Source: Mytilus edulis
Taxonomy: Eukaryota
Assembly: GCF_963676685.1 (NCBI RefSeq)
Contig: NC_092351.1
Coordinates: 40,858,001-40,922,000 of the forward strand
Length of the DNA stretch: 64,000 nucleotides
Direction of reading: 5' to 3'
In this document: piece by piece, positions 38,575 through 51,100 of the stretch
Layout of the letters: every line of letters begins with the position of its first letter
Numbering within the stretch: position 1 is the stretch's first letter
Position numbers and translations under genes: made by a program
The notes under the pieces: generated by a model
The model's input: the letters and a program-made list of their open reading frames with translations, nothing else
Database searches by the model: none
What the model was told of the DNA's origin: nothing

Positions 38575-39281
38575 TATGTTATTGTGATATCTGTATGTAT
38601 TGTTGTGTGCTAGAAAAAGAAAAAGGAACCATGTCTTTTATTATCATATCAAGTGCCCAATGATAATTTTGAATTCATATATTGTAACAATATAGTTCAT
38701 CAACCTTATATTTGAATGTATGCTCTTTTGGTATTTGTTATATATACTCCCTAGTCGGTGTTTAAGATAGAGGTCACCGCACGGGAATTAATAATGAGGA
38801 AACAGTATTTGTTTTTCTTTTTGTTAAAAGGCCGTACAGCACCCTATTGCTGTACACACCCTTATCACATCTCATTTGAAACCCATGATGTATGGTAAGC
38901 TATATCAAAGATTGAACATATATACACTAGTATATACTGATTGACTGTGTGTTGCCTACTGTTAAGTGGCAAATGTTCAAACATGTTCAGGACGGTACAC
39001 ACTAACACTACATACAATAAGGATTTCTGTAATAGGAAAGACCGTGATAAACAGCTGACAATTTAAACTACCACTTGAAAATGAGGATTAATTGGATAGG
39101 GACAGCTATTAATCATTGCAACAGGCCACCGACAGACCTTCCAAAGAGTTGTTTCATGCAAGGGTTCTGAACATGCAGAGAGCGTGGTTCATTTGTCTTC
39201 TATATATCCTAGTGTAGAGATGATTCTAACAAAGTGTGTTTTGATGCATCTGTGTGGTGTTCACTAGTACTGTTTGTACCC

Positions 39282-39852
39282 AATAGTTATCAAAGGTACC
39301 AGGATTATTTTAGTACGTCAGACGCGCGTTTCGTCTACATAAGACTCATCAGAGACGCTCATATCAAAATATTTATAAAGCCAAACAAGTACAAAGTTGA
39401 AGAGAATTGAGGATTCAAAATTCCAAAAAGTTGTGTCAAATACGGATAAGGTAATCTATGCCTTGGATAAGAAAATCCTTAGTTTTTCGAAAAAATCAAA
39501 GTTTTGTAAACAGGAAATTAATGAAAATGACCACATTATTGATATTCATGTCAACACCGAATTTTTGACTACTAAACAGGTGATACCCTCGGGGACCAAA
39601 CGTCCACCAGCAGTAGCATCGACCCAGTGGTGTACATAGTTATCAAAGGTACCAGGATTAAAATTTAGTACGCCAGACTACAGTTTCGTCTACATATAAG
39701 ACTCGTCAGTGACGCTCATATCAAAATATTTATAAAGCTAAACAAGTACAAAGGTGAAGAGCATTGAGGATTCAAAAAGTGAATGGTAATTTATGCATGG
39801 GATAAGAAAATCCTTAGTTTTTCGAAAAAATCAAAGTTTTGTAAACAGGAAA
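39282..39852 (-). ncRNA. Non-LTR retrozyme array (~353-bp unit, 1.6 copies) with two type I hammerhead ribozymes
   Basis: Minus strand at 39315-39360 reads gcgtct-CTGATGA-gtct tatgt agac-GAAAC-gcgc-GTC-tgacgt, and 39668-39717 reads gcgtca-CTGACGA-gtct..agac-GAAAC-tgta-GTC-tggcgt. The unit repeats at 39283 and 39636. Confidence 0.85.
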
Positions 39853-40171
39853 CGTTTTATAAAATAATTGTGGAGTATCTTTTTTTTTTAGTGTGAAACA
39901 TTTATAAAACAAACGGCATAGTGGTTGTTAGCATTTCATTGTTTAAAAAAAAAAGTGTATTTTTAAAAGTTGCATTTCTTAAAAGAGCTCTCAAGAATAC
40001 ATAATATATTACAAAATGAGTTGACACAAATAGCAATGCATTATCAAATGAGAAAGTACATGGTTGATTAGATTATAAATGTGAAAAAAGATATACGATA
40101 ACAAAAGCCTTGTAATCTATATTTCACACAAAACCGTATTTAACATCCTCTATGAATTTTTTTTTATTGTA

Positions 40172-40900
40172 AACTTGTCAGATCATTAAAGATTGCATAT
40201 TTTGATTTTAATATTGCTTCACTTATAGGGTCTTTGCATCGGGACTAAACACATTTATTAAAAAAAAAAATTGTAGGCATGACACGGGTTATGTTCTTCT
40301 CAAATATTTTATGATAGTATGATACTAAACCCCTAACAGGAGGGATTGTGCCTGATATTCATATGATGAAGACATAATCTTTCAATCAGTTTAGTTAAGG
40401 TCTGGAGCTGGCATGTCAGTTAACTGCTAGAAGTCTGTTGTTATTTATATTTATGTATTATTGTCATTGTATTTATTTTCTTTTGTTACATCTTCTGACA
40501 TCGTACTCGGACTTCTCTTGAACTGAATTTTAATGTGCGTATTGTTATGCGTTTACTTTTCTACATTGGCTATAGGTATAGGAGAGGGTTGAGATCTCAT
40601 AAACATGTTTAACACCGCTGCAATTTTGCACCGGTACTAAGCCAGGAGCCTCTGGCCTTTGTTAGTCTTGTTTGATTTTTAATTTTAGCTTCTTGTGTAT
40701 AATTCGGAGTTTAGTATGACGTCCATTATTACTGTACTAGTATACATATTTTTTAAGGGGCAAGCTGAAGGACGCCTACGGGTGCGGGAGTTTCTCGCTA
40801 CATTCAAGACCCATTGGTGGCCTAAGGCTGTTGTTAGCTCTATGGTCGGATTGTTGTCGCTTTTATACCTTCCCCATTTCCTTTCTCAATTTTATTTTTA
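40172..40900 (+). mobile_element. 3' end of the Penelope-like element (RT C-terminus relic + UTR)
   Basis: Colinear with 23185-23903 (tcattaaagattgcatatttt .. ggtctttgc.tcgg.actaa .. ccccatttcc.ttctcaatttt). Confidence 0.85.
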
Positions 40901-41414
40901 TTAAGACAAGAAAATGAAAACAACAATTAAATTACTTAAGTATTTTACCATATTATACATACCCTCTGTTCAAAGTTAATCCAATTCTTAATTTTTACTA
41001 TAAAGGCAGGCGGTCAAATATATATATAAGCTTATTATCTCTGTGCACTTTAATTTGTAGGTCTACTAGTATTACGGTTGGGTCCATACAATCAAAAAGT
41101 ATTGTGTAAAATAAATAGTGTTATTCATCTTGTTTAACACAATCAAAATATATATTAGTTTAGTAAACTTTCATCAAAAATGTTTCCTCGTCTTGTGGTC
41201 ATATGTTTTTGAATTCACATACGAGTATTTAAAGTTTAAGTACATTTAATATAGATACAAGCTTTAATCTGATATCATTTTTTGTGGTTATATCAGTAAT
41301 GCTATATTGCGTTGTCGAATATATAAAGTCCAAGTGCACATTATATATATATATACACGGAAATACTTTTAATAAAACAACATTCAATACACTTTCTTAC
41401 ATTGCAATTACTTT

Positions 41415-44400
41415 TAGTAAGGTGACCAGACCCAATATTTTTTTTATTAAATCGTCAAACATACTATATGGATATTTTATATATGATTGGATTTGGAAAA
41501 ATGAGTACTATTGAAATGTCGATGTCGTCAAAAAGAAATGTGGTAACAGTTTTGCCTAAAATAAGGTTAAAGATCAAATTCTGTTTTTATTTCTTTTCTT
41601 CCATACTTTCAAAATTTGAAGACATGTTCAACAATTTAGGTTAAATTTCAGATACAGACATTTTTTGAAATCAATTAACAATGAATGCTCGCGAAAACGT
41701 AAAAAACAATTAGTAAGAAATCGATTTATTTTGGAAATTTGCGTTTTTCAAACATTTGTTTTATATTATACAAGATTAATGCATATTCTGTTAAAGTTAC
41801 AGTAGTTACCATGCCGGCTGACATTCAACCTAAGCAATACAGGATAAATATTATCAAAATTGCAGAATTATGCCAAGAGTATCATCTGGTTCATCTGTCA
41901 AGGAACATGATTTAAAATGTCTACATAATTATGTTCCTGTACAGGAGCAAAGCTCCGGACATGTAAGGTTTTCCTGTGAACTAACACATGACTTTTTTAC
42001 ATAAAGATTACCCCTTCAATAAAAACACAAGATCCTACAAATTTCTGCTGACATATGCCCTTTAAAATACGCAAGGTGTAATGAATCAGTCAACTATCGC
42101 CAACTGTATTGTAAAATTGACGGAATAGGGGGTTTAGCAATGAGTAATGCGGTACAAATTTTAAGTTTGAATCGAAGTACGTAAATTTATGCTGTTTCAG
42201 TGCCGTCTCACAGGGAGGTTGCCTGATTAAACTTACTTCTTTATTGGTGGCAAGCTTGACTCAAATTGGATAATTATTATGATGAAAGGGGTTTAAAAGA
42301 GATTTTTCTATTCATAAAGCTTTGAAATTAACTTTCATGCCCACACAAGGGCTTGATCTTTGTCAATATTACTGAAACTCTAAAAACCACTGAAATAGTT
42401 GTGCTCGTCCATCAAAGTCTTGTAGACAGTTTCTTTACCTACCCCAAACAGAGACGAAGTTGTGTCGCATCCGGTGAGTGCATGTACAGCAGGCAATAGT
42501 TTTACAAATTGTTGGGGAAAGACAGACACATAATTAGTGAAAGGGTGAAAATCATCGCTCATTCTTTACACTGATAATATTCCCCATCTGCACCCACTAC
42601 TCGCTTGTATGTGTCATATATATATAGTAGTGAACACACAGAACAATCACATTTGTATTAGAGGTCCGTATGATTGTTCTTCCGCTCTTTCCCATTTTTC
42701 TAAACTTCGTGTCAAATGTTAAGGCATTAAATATCGGCCTCCTCTTGAGTGCTAAACAAGTTACGACAGCCACTAACAGTGTTGGTATAAATAACTTTAA
42801 CAGTTTCGGAATTTACAAACGGTCTGGGTATGCAAAGCTCACTTCAGGTGGAATCAAAGGGGATTTGTCAAATTTTTTCCAGTCAAGAATACTTTTCCCC
42901 TAAATAATCTGATACACTTTGATGGAAGCAGAAGTCTTTGTTCGGCGTTCCCTTGCGGCAGACTTTATAAAGTTGTTCATGTCGTAGCGGTCAAAAACAT
43001 CTGCTGTCGTGTGCGCTATAGAAATTTATTGGGATATATGTGTTTAATAGTCAGCTGCAAGGTAACCGAATGTTTTACCTATCTTAACATCAATGCATTG
43101 AACCAATGCCATACCATCTCTGATGTAAGTTGTGAGTGATGGTACAGAGGAAGGTAGGGAAAATGCACAAATGACTTCAGATTCTAATTGGTTCACGAAA
43201 TCAGACTTGCATGATTTTCTCATGGTGCTGTCATCTTGAAAAAGGTAAATTGGAATAGGACCTACCGAGTGCAACAGCACATGTTCTAAGGTAACATCAT
43301 CTCTACATTTTGCCAAAATCTGTGCACGTCTAAATATAAGTTCTGGATTTATGTGACCTAAAAGTATTTCCACCGATTTATATTTAAGATTTGTTTTTGT
43401 GGTCATGTTTTCAAACGTTTTTAGTTTTGACTTTGATATTGGACTATAAAACTCCTTGACTGATCTAAAGAAAGAGCACTAGTGATAAAATCACTTAATA
43501 TCAGTCATGGATCATTCAGACAATGGCAAAAACATGTTATTCATTTCTTTTCATTGTTGTTGGTTTTGTTTCTTTTTGTGAATTTGCATTATTTGCAGCA
43601 ATTCCAGCCCTTTTCAGCGTTACACGACTAAGGAGTTCTAGGACAGGTCTAGTAAGGGTCCATCTAACAAGCGCAGACTTACGATTTGTTATGTCTACAG
43701 TGCCGAATGGTCCCCGTGAGGCTTTTTTAACGGTATTTTCTATTGCCATGTCGTTCATGTACCGTTAAAATGTCCAGGAGTCTATCTAAAGGCAAAGTAG
43801 CCATCTACATCTTTAAAAGGTAATCGAATATTCTCAAAAAGTTATAGCATATCGAGTATATAAACTGACATCCACCTTCAGTAATTGGTACGGCTTGTTA
43901 CAAAAGCATAATGTAAAATTTGAGATGCCGATCTCAAGGAAGTGACCAATTTCCCTCTAGTTCTGCTCTAACATTTGACAACAAAATGTCTACTGCTTCA
44001 ATGAACATATCCCAGTAATTGAATGTAAGTGATACAGCACATCCCCATTGCTTATATGTATGTATAGGAGGCTGTCTATGAGTTTCGAATAGCTCCGTCA
44101 TATGAGCGTTATGAATTGTGTCTTGCTTGAATTGCTAAAATAATGCTTCTGAGATAAATTAATTTGATATCATTGATTAACAAAGATATGAAATATCATA
44201 TAAATGTTAAATATTTTTAATTTTGCGTTTAAAAAAAATGCTGAAATTAAATTTGAATGTACTCAATTAAATGCAAAATATTCGTAGTGTTAATCGTTTA
44301 CATAAACTCTTTGATAACGGATTAATTTTGCTAAACTTAATTTGAAATCGTTAAAATAAGGTGTAACAACCATGTATATAATAACAGAAATCATATCACG

Positions 44401-44626
44401 GATTTTATATTGCAATGTAGACCTCAAAACTTTTTTAAGTCGATTTTTCGTTCAAGTAAACTAACGTACTTCAAAGCCCATTTTACGAAAATTGCAACGT
44501 ATGATTTTTTGACGACAAGTTAAGTTTAGCCTTTGAACTATTAATACTGTGATTTATAGCCGTATATTCAGAATGACGATTAAAATCCTTAAATAAGTGA
44601 CTGTTCCTTACTTGGTCACCGTACTA
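41415..44626 (-). mobile_element. Degenerate Academ (AcademX-type) DNA transposon
   Basis: TAG-starting TIRs tagtaaggtgacca / tggtcaccgtacta. Frameshifted minus-strand fragments DMAIENTV..ITNRKSALVRWTLTRP, DGMALVQ..KTFG, DVFDRYD, LPAVHALTGCDTTSSLFGVGK (XPG/H3TH-like) and PPCETALKQH. Confidence 0.75.
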
Positions 44627-45179
44627 AAGAGTTAAAGTACTTTGAACTGTAAATTAATATATATTTTTTGGTACTTAAAGCAAGCAAGAAATGTAAAATG
44701 ATAATTTATAAGACATGACGTTGTCAGTTTATTTTCGACTTACGAGTTTGAATGTCCCTCTGGTATCTTTCGCCCGTCTTTTGCAAGCCTAACATTGATT
44801 TGTCAACAATCAAATCTAAAGACCATTCAAGATACTTTTACGTTTGTAATATGGTAACGTTAAAATTTTATAGCAGTCGACCTATTTTTTCCTTTCGCTA
44901 CTAGATTGAATAGTTGTTAGGAAACGATGAATTATTCTAAGAAAACAAATTTTACAAACCATGTTTCATGTAAAACTGTATATCTTTTATAGCAAAATTA
45001 GCAAAAAATTACGAAAAACATGGTAATTAATTAATTTTGAACACTGTTAAAAATAGTAGAGTTTTAAAACAAGAATAACACGACTAAACAACTATTTGTT
45101 TTAATATTTTTCTACTCAAGAGCTAGCTGCCTTAAATTCATTAATTAAATATTGATAGACATATTTATTGATGTCATGT

Positions 45180-48100
45180 CTAATGTTTTTCTGGAAAATC
45201 TATCTTGGCTATCATATCTTGTATTTTCATCAATATATTGTAAGCTGGACTTATACTTTCATCACTATCTAAAGATTCACAAGAAGAAAACAACCGCTTT
45301 GGTCTCAACATACAGGTAGCAGACATTTTGCCGGGTCCATACTCTTCAGAACAAGATACTTCAGGCGGTGTCAATGTTTCCCCTGTTTCTTTTTCAAACG
45401 ATGCTACAAATAGACAAACAAACAACCCAACAAATTAAAACTAATAGCTTTAAATTCGAGGCCTTTTGTTGTATGTTATGAGCACATGCAATTTAAAACT
45501 CTAGTTTCTTTAAAAAATATAGTTATGGTTCTGTAACTTCTACTTTTTAACATGTTTTGAATTCGTATTTCCATTGGGTAGTAACAAGTACTTGTTTTAA
45601 TGATAAAACTGCTTTTTTGTATCGAATCTTTGTTATATCTTATCCCCAACCTGATCTGATCATAAATACATGGAGGATTTTTTTCTTTCTGTTTTCAGAA
45701 TTAGATATTGGTAATTGAATATTTCTAACATTCTTCAGTGCGATTGCAAAGTGAACTTATTTCTATTGCCTTTTAGGATTTATATGTAAGTGGATTCTGT
45801 TATTCTTCCAACAGTGGAAAGACAATCGTCCCTCTTTTCTTATTGTGACGTCATTTAAAATTCTTTATTTTCCGTATATATTCTATCTTAAATATTTATT
45901 GACTTGTGTATTTTGAATTTGGATTTATATTTATATGTCTGCTTGTAGATACGCTATATATGTTATATGCTAATAACGATCCAGTAAAGAACATATCACT
46001 CTATTGTGTCTCTTTTCTACATTGTATGTAACGCGAAGAACACTTTTTTTCCGGAGGACTAAAACCAAGGATCAAGAAATTAGAATATTTTAACTTATCT
46101 ATAGTATAGTGATTACTGATTAAGTTTAGGAAAAACGGTACTCTTACATTTTTCCGGCATTGGGTTGGCCTTTTGTGTACCCAAGGCAGGTAAAGAAAGT
46201 CTCATTAGAAGCGCTGTGATTGGATGTAAGGGTACACAATACAGTTGTTTTATATATGATTAGTTGCAGTTTGTATATTTACAATATAAATTTTTGAAAC
46301 CTATTGAAATATTTTCTGGAGAATTATTCGAAAAGTCTTCAAAAGACGCGTACTAAATTATAAATTTAGTGTAAAATGACAGTGAGCAAGGATAATATAA
46401 ACAAGATTCGTTGGAAGTTGGTCATGATACTATTTGGCTTTAATTTTTAAAACATAATAAGAAAGTAATAAAGCACTATCACCACACAGAAATGTTTTAT
46501 CCAAGTTTCAAGTTTTTATTATAAAAAGTGGTAGATTTAGATAATGTTAGTATTGTCGTATATGATAGAATAAATAGTACCGTTTTATAAGTCATTGGAC
46601 AATGAACTTAAACTATCGATGTATGCTATATCGCACATTTTTTTTTAAATGCGTTGGAAAACGACTCATAAAAATTAGGTTAAATTCATTAACCTAACAA
46701 TTCCTGTCAAAATACACTATACAACTAAATATTATGTCTGTACTAAAGGATCTGCAAAATGTTAATAAATAATGTTGTATTGTATCGTGTTGTTAGGTTT
46801 TTTTAAAATTATTTATCTTCAGGTGACGTTGAAAGTTAATGATGATAAACTTAGTCTTCGTGTATTATTTGGTATATTTTGTAACGTGCTTAATTATGTT
46901 TTTCTTACAAAACTCACATTTTAATAAAGCAGAAACATGACTCTGATCTGAAAGATCAATTGCACATAGAAGAGCGTCGAAACCATTCTCCCTTGTCTTG
47001 AGAATATCTAATAGTCGACAGATTCGCTGATCATGAGTCTTTGGATGTAAAACATATCTTTGCATTTTCAGGGACATAACCCCAGCGGAAATTAGGTAAG
47101 GTAACAGTGGCACTTCTAGCATTTCTTCACACATCATACTGAAGTTTCGTTCAAGTACCATTGCTTTCTTTTCATCAAGAGGTTTACCTATATTTTTAAA
47201 AGATGAAATTATGACATAACATGCCCTAGTAAACCAAATGTGGTCTGAATCTGTCATTATGATACAAACAGCTTTTTAAAAAGACTGAATAAGCAATTAT
47301 CAAGTCATGTTCAGTCTTTCAGTTAATTTTCAAACTAGTGCACTGCTGTTAATCCTATATTGTCTAGTCAATATATAGAGAATAATACATGGCAAAATCC
47401 GTATCATCCCGAGATACCAATATCAGCCAGAGGGCCTTTAGGCCAGAAGAATGATATGTTTTATACGCTTTATCATATATTTCAACAGGAGAGTATACAT
47501 GAACTGTTTTCTGATCCCTAGCACCTGGGTTACCTTCAGTTCTACTTTTGTCTTGTTTTAAAACTGTTAAAGAACTTCCCTATTACTCATCCGAAACACC
47601 TTGGTTACCTTACAATTTGCGTGCTGTTGTTTTAAAGATAATTTGTTTATTGTATTTTTTGTGTGTGTTTTGTATGGTATTTCATTGAGTTCTTTTTTAT
47701 ATTGGCATTTCGTTTGTCAAAGTCAAATCTATATAAAATGTGAGAAACGAGAAACTCTTATAAACCACTTCATCAAACAACAATCACTGAACAACAGGCC
47801 CAAGACTTAGTGCAGGTCAGTGAGTTTAAACGTTTTAAAATGCGCCAACATACACCTAACCAGAACAGTAGTGTAACATGTCAACATAGTGTTTCAATTG
47901 AAAAGGCTTAACTCGATCAAAAAGTCATAAAAACAAAAACAAGAAACCATACACTGAAGGAATAAATTTGATTTATGACACACAGTTAAGATCTTTTTTG
48001 TTTGTTCAGACAGTTCAGTAGTTGATTTTTCATGTGCATATATACATCATATTGAGTTGTTTGTAAAGTAATGAGTTAATTGCAAGCCGATCATCTTCAC

Positions 48101-51100
48101 AGTACTGAATTTACCGCTTTCGATAAATATAAAAATTGACTAAAGACTAACAATGACTGAAGAATGTAATATTCAGTGCTTAGCGCAAGAAGAACTCAAC
48201 ACCAATAGTATATCTTTATTTAGACGAAACGCGCGTATGTCGTACTAAATTATAATCCTGGTACCTTGGATAACTATTTACACCACTGGGTCGATGCCAG
48301 TACGACAGACGCGCGTTTCGTCTACATAAGACTCAACAGTGACGCTCAGATCAAAATATTTATCAAGCCAACCAAGTACAATTTTGAAGAGCATTGAGGA
48401 TCCAAAATTCCAAAAAGTTGTGCAAAATGCAGCTAAGGTAATCTATGCCTGGGATAAGAAAATCTTTATTTTTTTCCCCAAAAATTCAAAGTTTTGTAAA
48501 CAGGAAATTTATGAATGACCATATTATTGATATTCATGTCAACACTTAACGCTTAAGTGTTGACTACTGGGCTGGTGATACCTACGAGGACGAAACGTCC
48601 ACCAGCAGTGGCATCGACCAATTTCACCAGCCAATTCCCGTACTCGAGGTCTTTCACGTGACCACAGAGGTTGTTGTTTTAAAAGAAAAGAAAAAAAAGC
48701 TATTGTAGATTTGATTATTAGATCGAAGGAGGAATATATTTGTTCCGGGCCATATGAGTATTTGGACCATATGCGTATACTCATATGGTCCGACCGTACG
48801 CGTATGGTTGGACCATATGAGTATAATACTCGTTTGGTTACTAACGGGCCGGACCATATGAGTATTTGGACCATATGAGTATTTTTTTCAAATTGCATTA
48901 TCAACGTTTCAATAAAACAAAAACTTTATCTAGAAAACAACAATGATGGTTACATGACAATGTATTAATTTTATAATGCAAAGACTACGTAAAAATTAAA
49001 TATTGATGCCATAGTTAGTTATCATCGCTAATAACATTATTGCATGTAGGCTTTGGATGACATTTACTTCCCCACGGTATCATAGCTTATTTGCGCTTGC
49101 AAGTTTTGGTTGTGCACGATCCATTTCATTTTCACCCTTTGTTTGCGAGTGAAAAGCCTTTTTGCAGGTGCGTACAGTGATACCGAGGTCTTGGGCCAAT
49201 CCGATATGTCTAAGGTGTTTTTAAGAAGTTGTAGATTTCAAATATCGTAACATAACTGCAATACACCATGTTCACAAGACAACTTAAATAAACTATGTTC
49301 TTTTCCATCGACTTTTTGTGTAACAGTTCGTTTAGAAATTTTTGGAATTTACTTTTTTAAGTCGACATATTGCCATTTACTCGTAATAACAAATTGGTAA
49401 TTACCATCGGTAATGACCATCGGTATCAAATGTATTTATTATAGTTTTGAGAAGTAAGTAAAATGAGTGAAACTTCTAATTTTTATTTAGCTTATCTTTT
49501 ATCATAATATAAAAATAAAATTACCTATATGGTAGCGTCTTTTTAACGAACGGTCATACCATATGAAGAGTTTTCTTATCCCAGGCATAGATTACCTAAG
49601 CTATATTTGGCACAATTTTTTTGGAATTTTGGATCCTCAATGCTCTTCAATTTTGTACTTGTTTTTATAAATATTTTGATATGATCGTCACTGATGAGTC
49701 TTATGTAGACGAAACGCGCTTCTATCGTACTAAATTATAATCCTGGTACCTTTGATAAATATTTACATCACTGGTTTGATGCCACTGCTGGTGGACGATT
49801 CGTCCCCGAGGGTATCACCAGCCCAGTAGTCAACACTTAAGCGATTAAGTGTTGACATGAATATCAATAATATGGTCATTCATAAATTTCCTGTTTACAA
49901 AACTTTGAATTTTTGGGGAAAAAAAACCTAAGGATTTTCTTTTCCCAGGCATAGATTACCTTAGCTGCATTCTCAATGCTCTTCAACTTTGTACTTGTTT
50001 GGCTTGATAAATATTTTGATATAAGCGTCACTGTTGAGTCTTATGTAGACGAAACGCGCGTCTGTCGTACTAAATGATAATCCTGGTACCTTTGATAACT
50101 CTTTAGAAGTATTAATAGTAAACTGTAACGCAGTGTTAATTACCCCGACCATATGAGTATATACCTATATTGTCATGACCATACGCGTATGGATCAAATG
50201 CACATATGGTCCGGAACATATTCATCGTTAAAGTGCTGTGCTACTTGGCAAAATAACTAAAATTTCAGTGAATTGAAAAGGAAAACAATTACCACTGCAA
50301 AAGGTATAAATAATAATCATTTCACACCGTTTTTGGCCAGCAAGTTTTAAAAATTGAATAACATTATTAAAAATATAGATGTCATTTCATCGTAGTAATA
50401 TACATTACTTACATTTTAAAATGTCTGGATTAACATTACAACATGCTGTAACTAATGCGTGGTAGGATGGTGTTTCCGTCTGCGTACTCCATTCTAAAAT
50501 GATTTGATGCAAACATTCGTCTGCATCTGAGTATTCATCTTCTATATTGCTTAGTTTATTTGGTTCTATTCCCAGTTCTCTTCCTATCTGGCGGAAATCT
50601 TGACCTAATAAACATTATGAACACATCATAAGTACTCCATTACTGATATTCAAGATGTATCTAAAATGTGATCCAACATCATCATAGATATTCAAAATAT
50701 TTAATATTTAAACGTGAACTTGAAATAATATTAAAATAGTGTTATTAAATACATTGTTCACAAAATACAATTTAATCATTTGCTCGGTTTTCCCAAAAAA
50801 AGAGAAATACAGAAAATGAAAATTCCGTTAAAAAAAGTCCTCCTGCCCCTCCCCTTTAGAATATCAAATGGTCGAGCCCTACTTACCAACAGTCTTTCTT
50901 ATAGTGTCACAAAACTCCTTTAGTTGTGGTGGTAATTTTTTGTCCGTTTCTTTAACTCTGTTTAGTCCCTCGCACAGCTTGTCACAAAGGATCTCTGAAC
51001 GTTTCTGTGTACACAAAACCTTTGATAATATATCATCAATAGAAGTAATATGATGGTTCATGCTTTCGTCGTCTTCTTTGTCTTTGTGGAGACTGTTGAT

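Noticed and set aside
50605-50690. In-frame TAA upstream of the Death-domain segment suggesting a pseudogene
   Set aside because: It is intronic if the phase-compatible acceptor tttattag|GT at 50605/50604 is used; DD helix 1 is supplied by exon 2.
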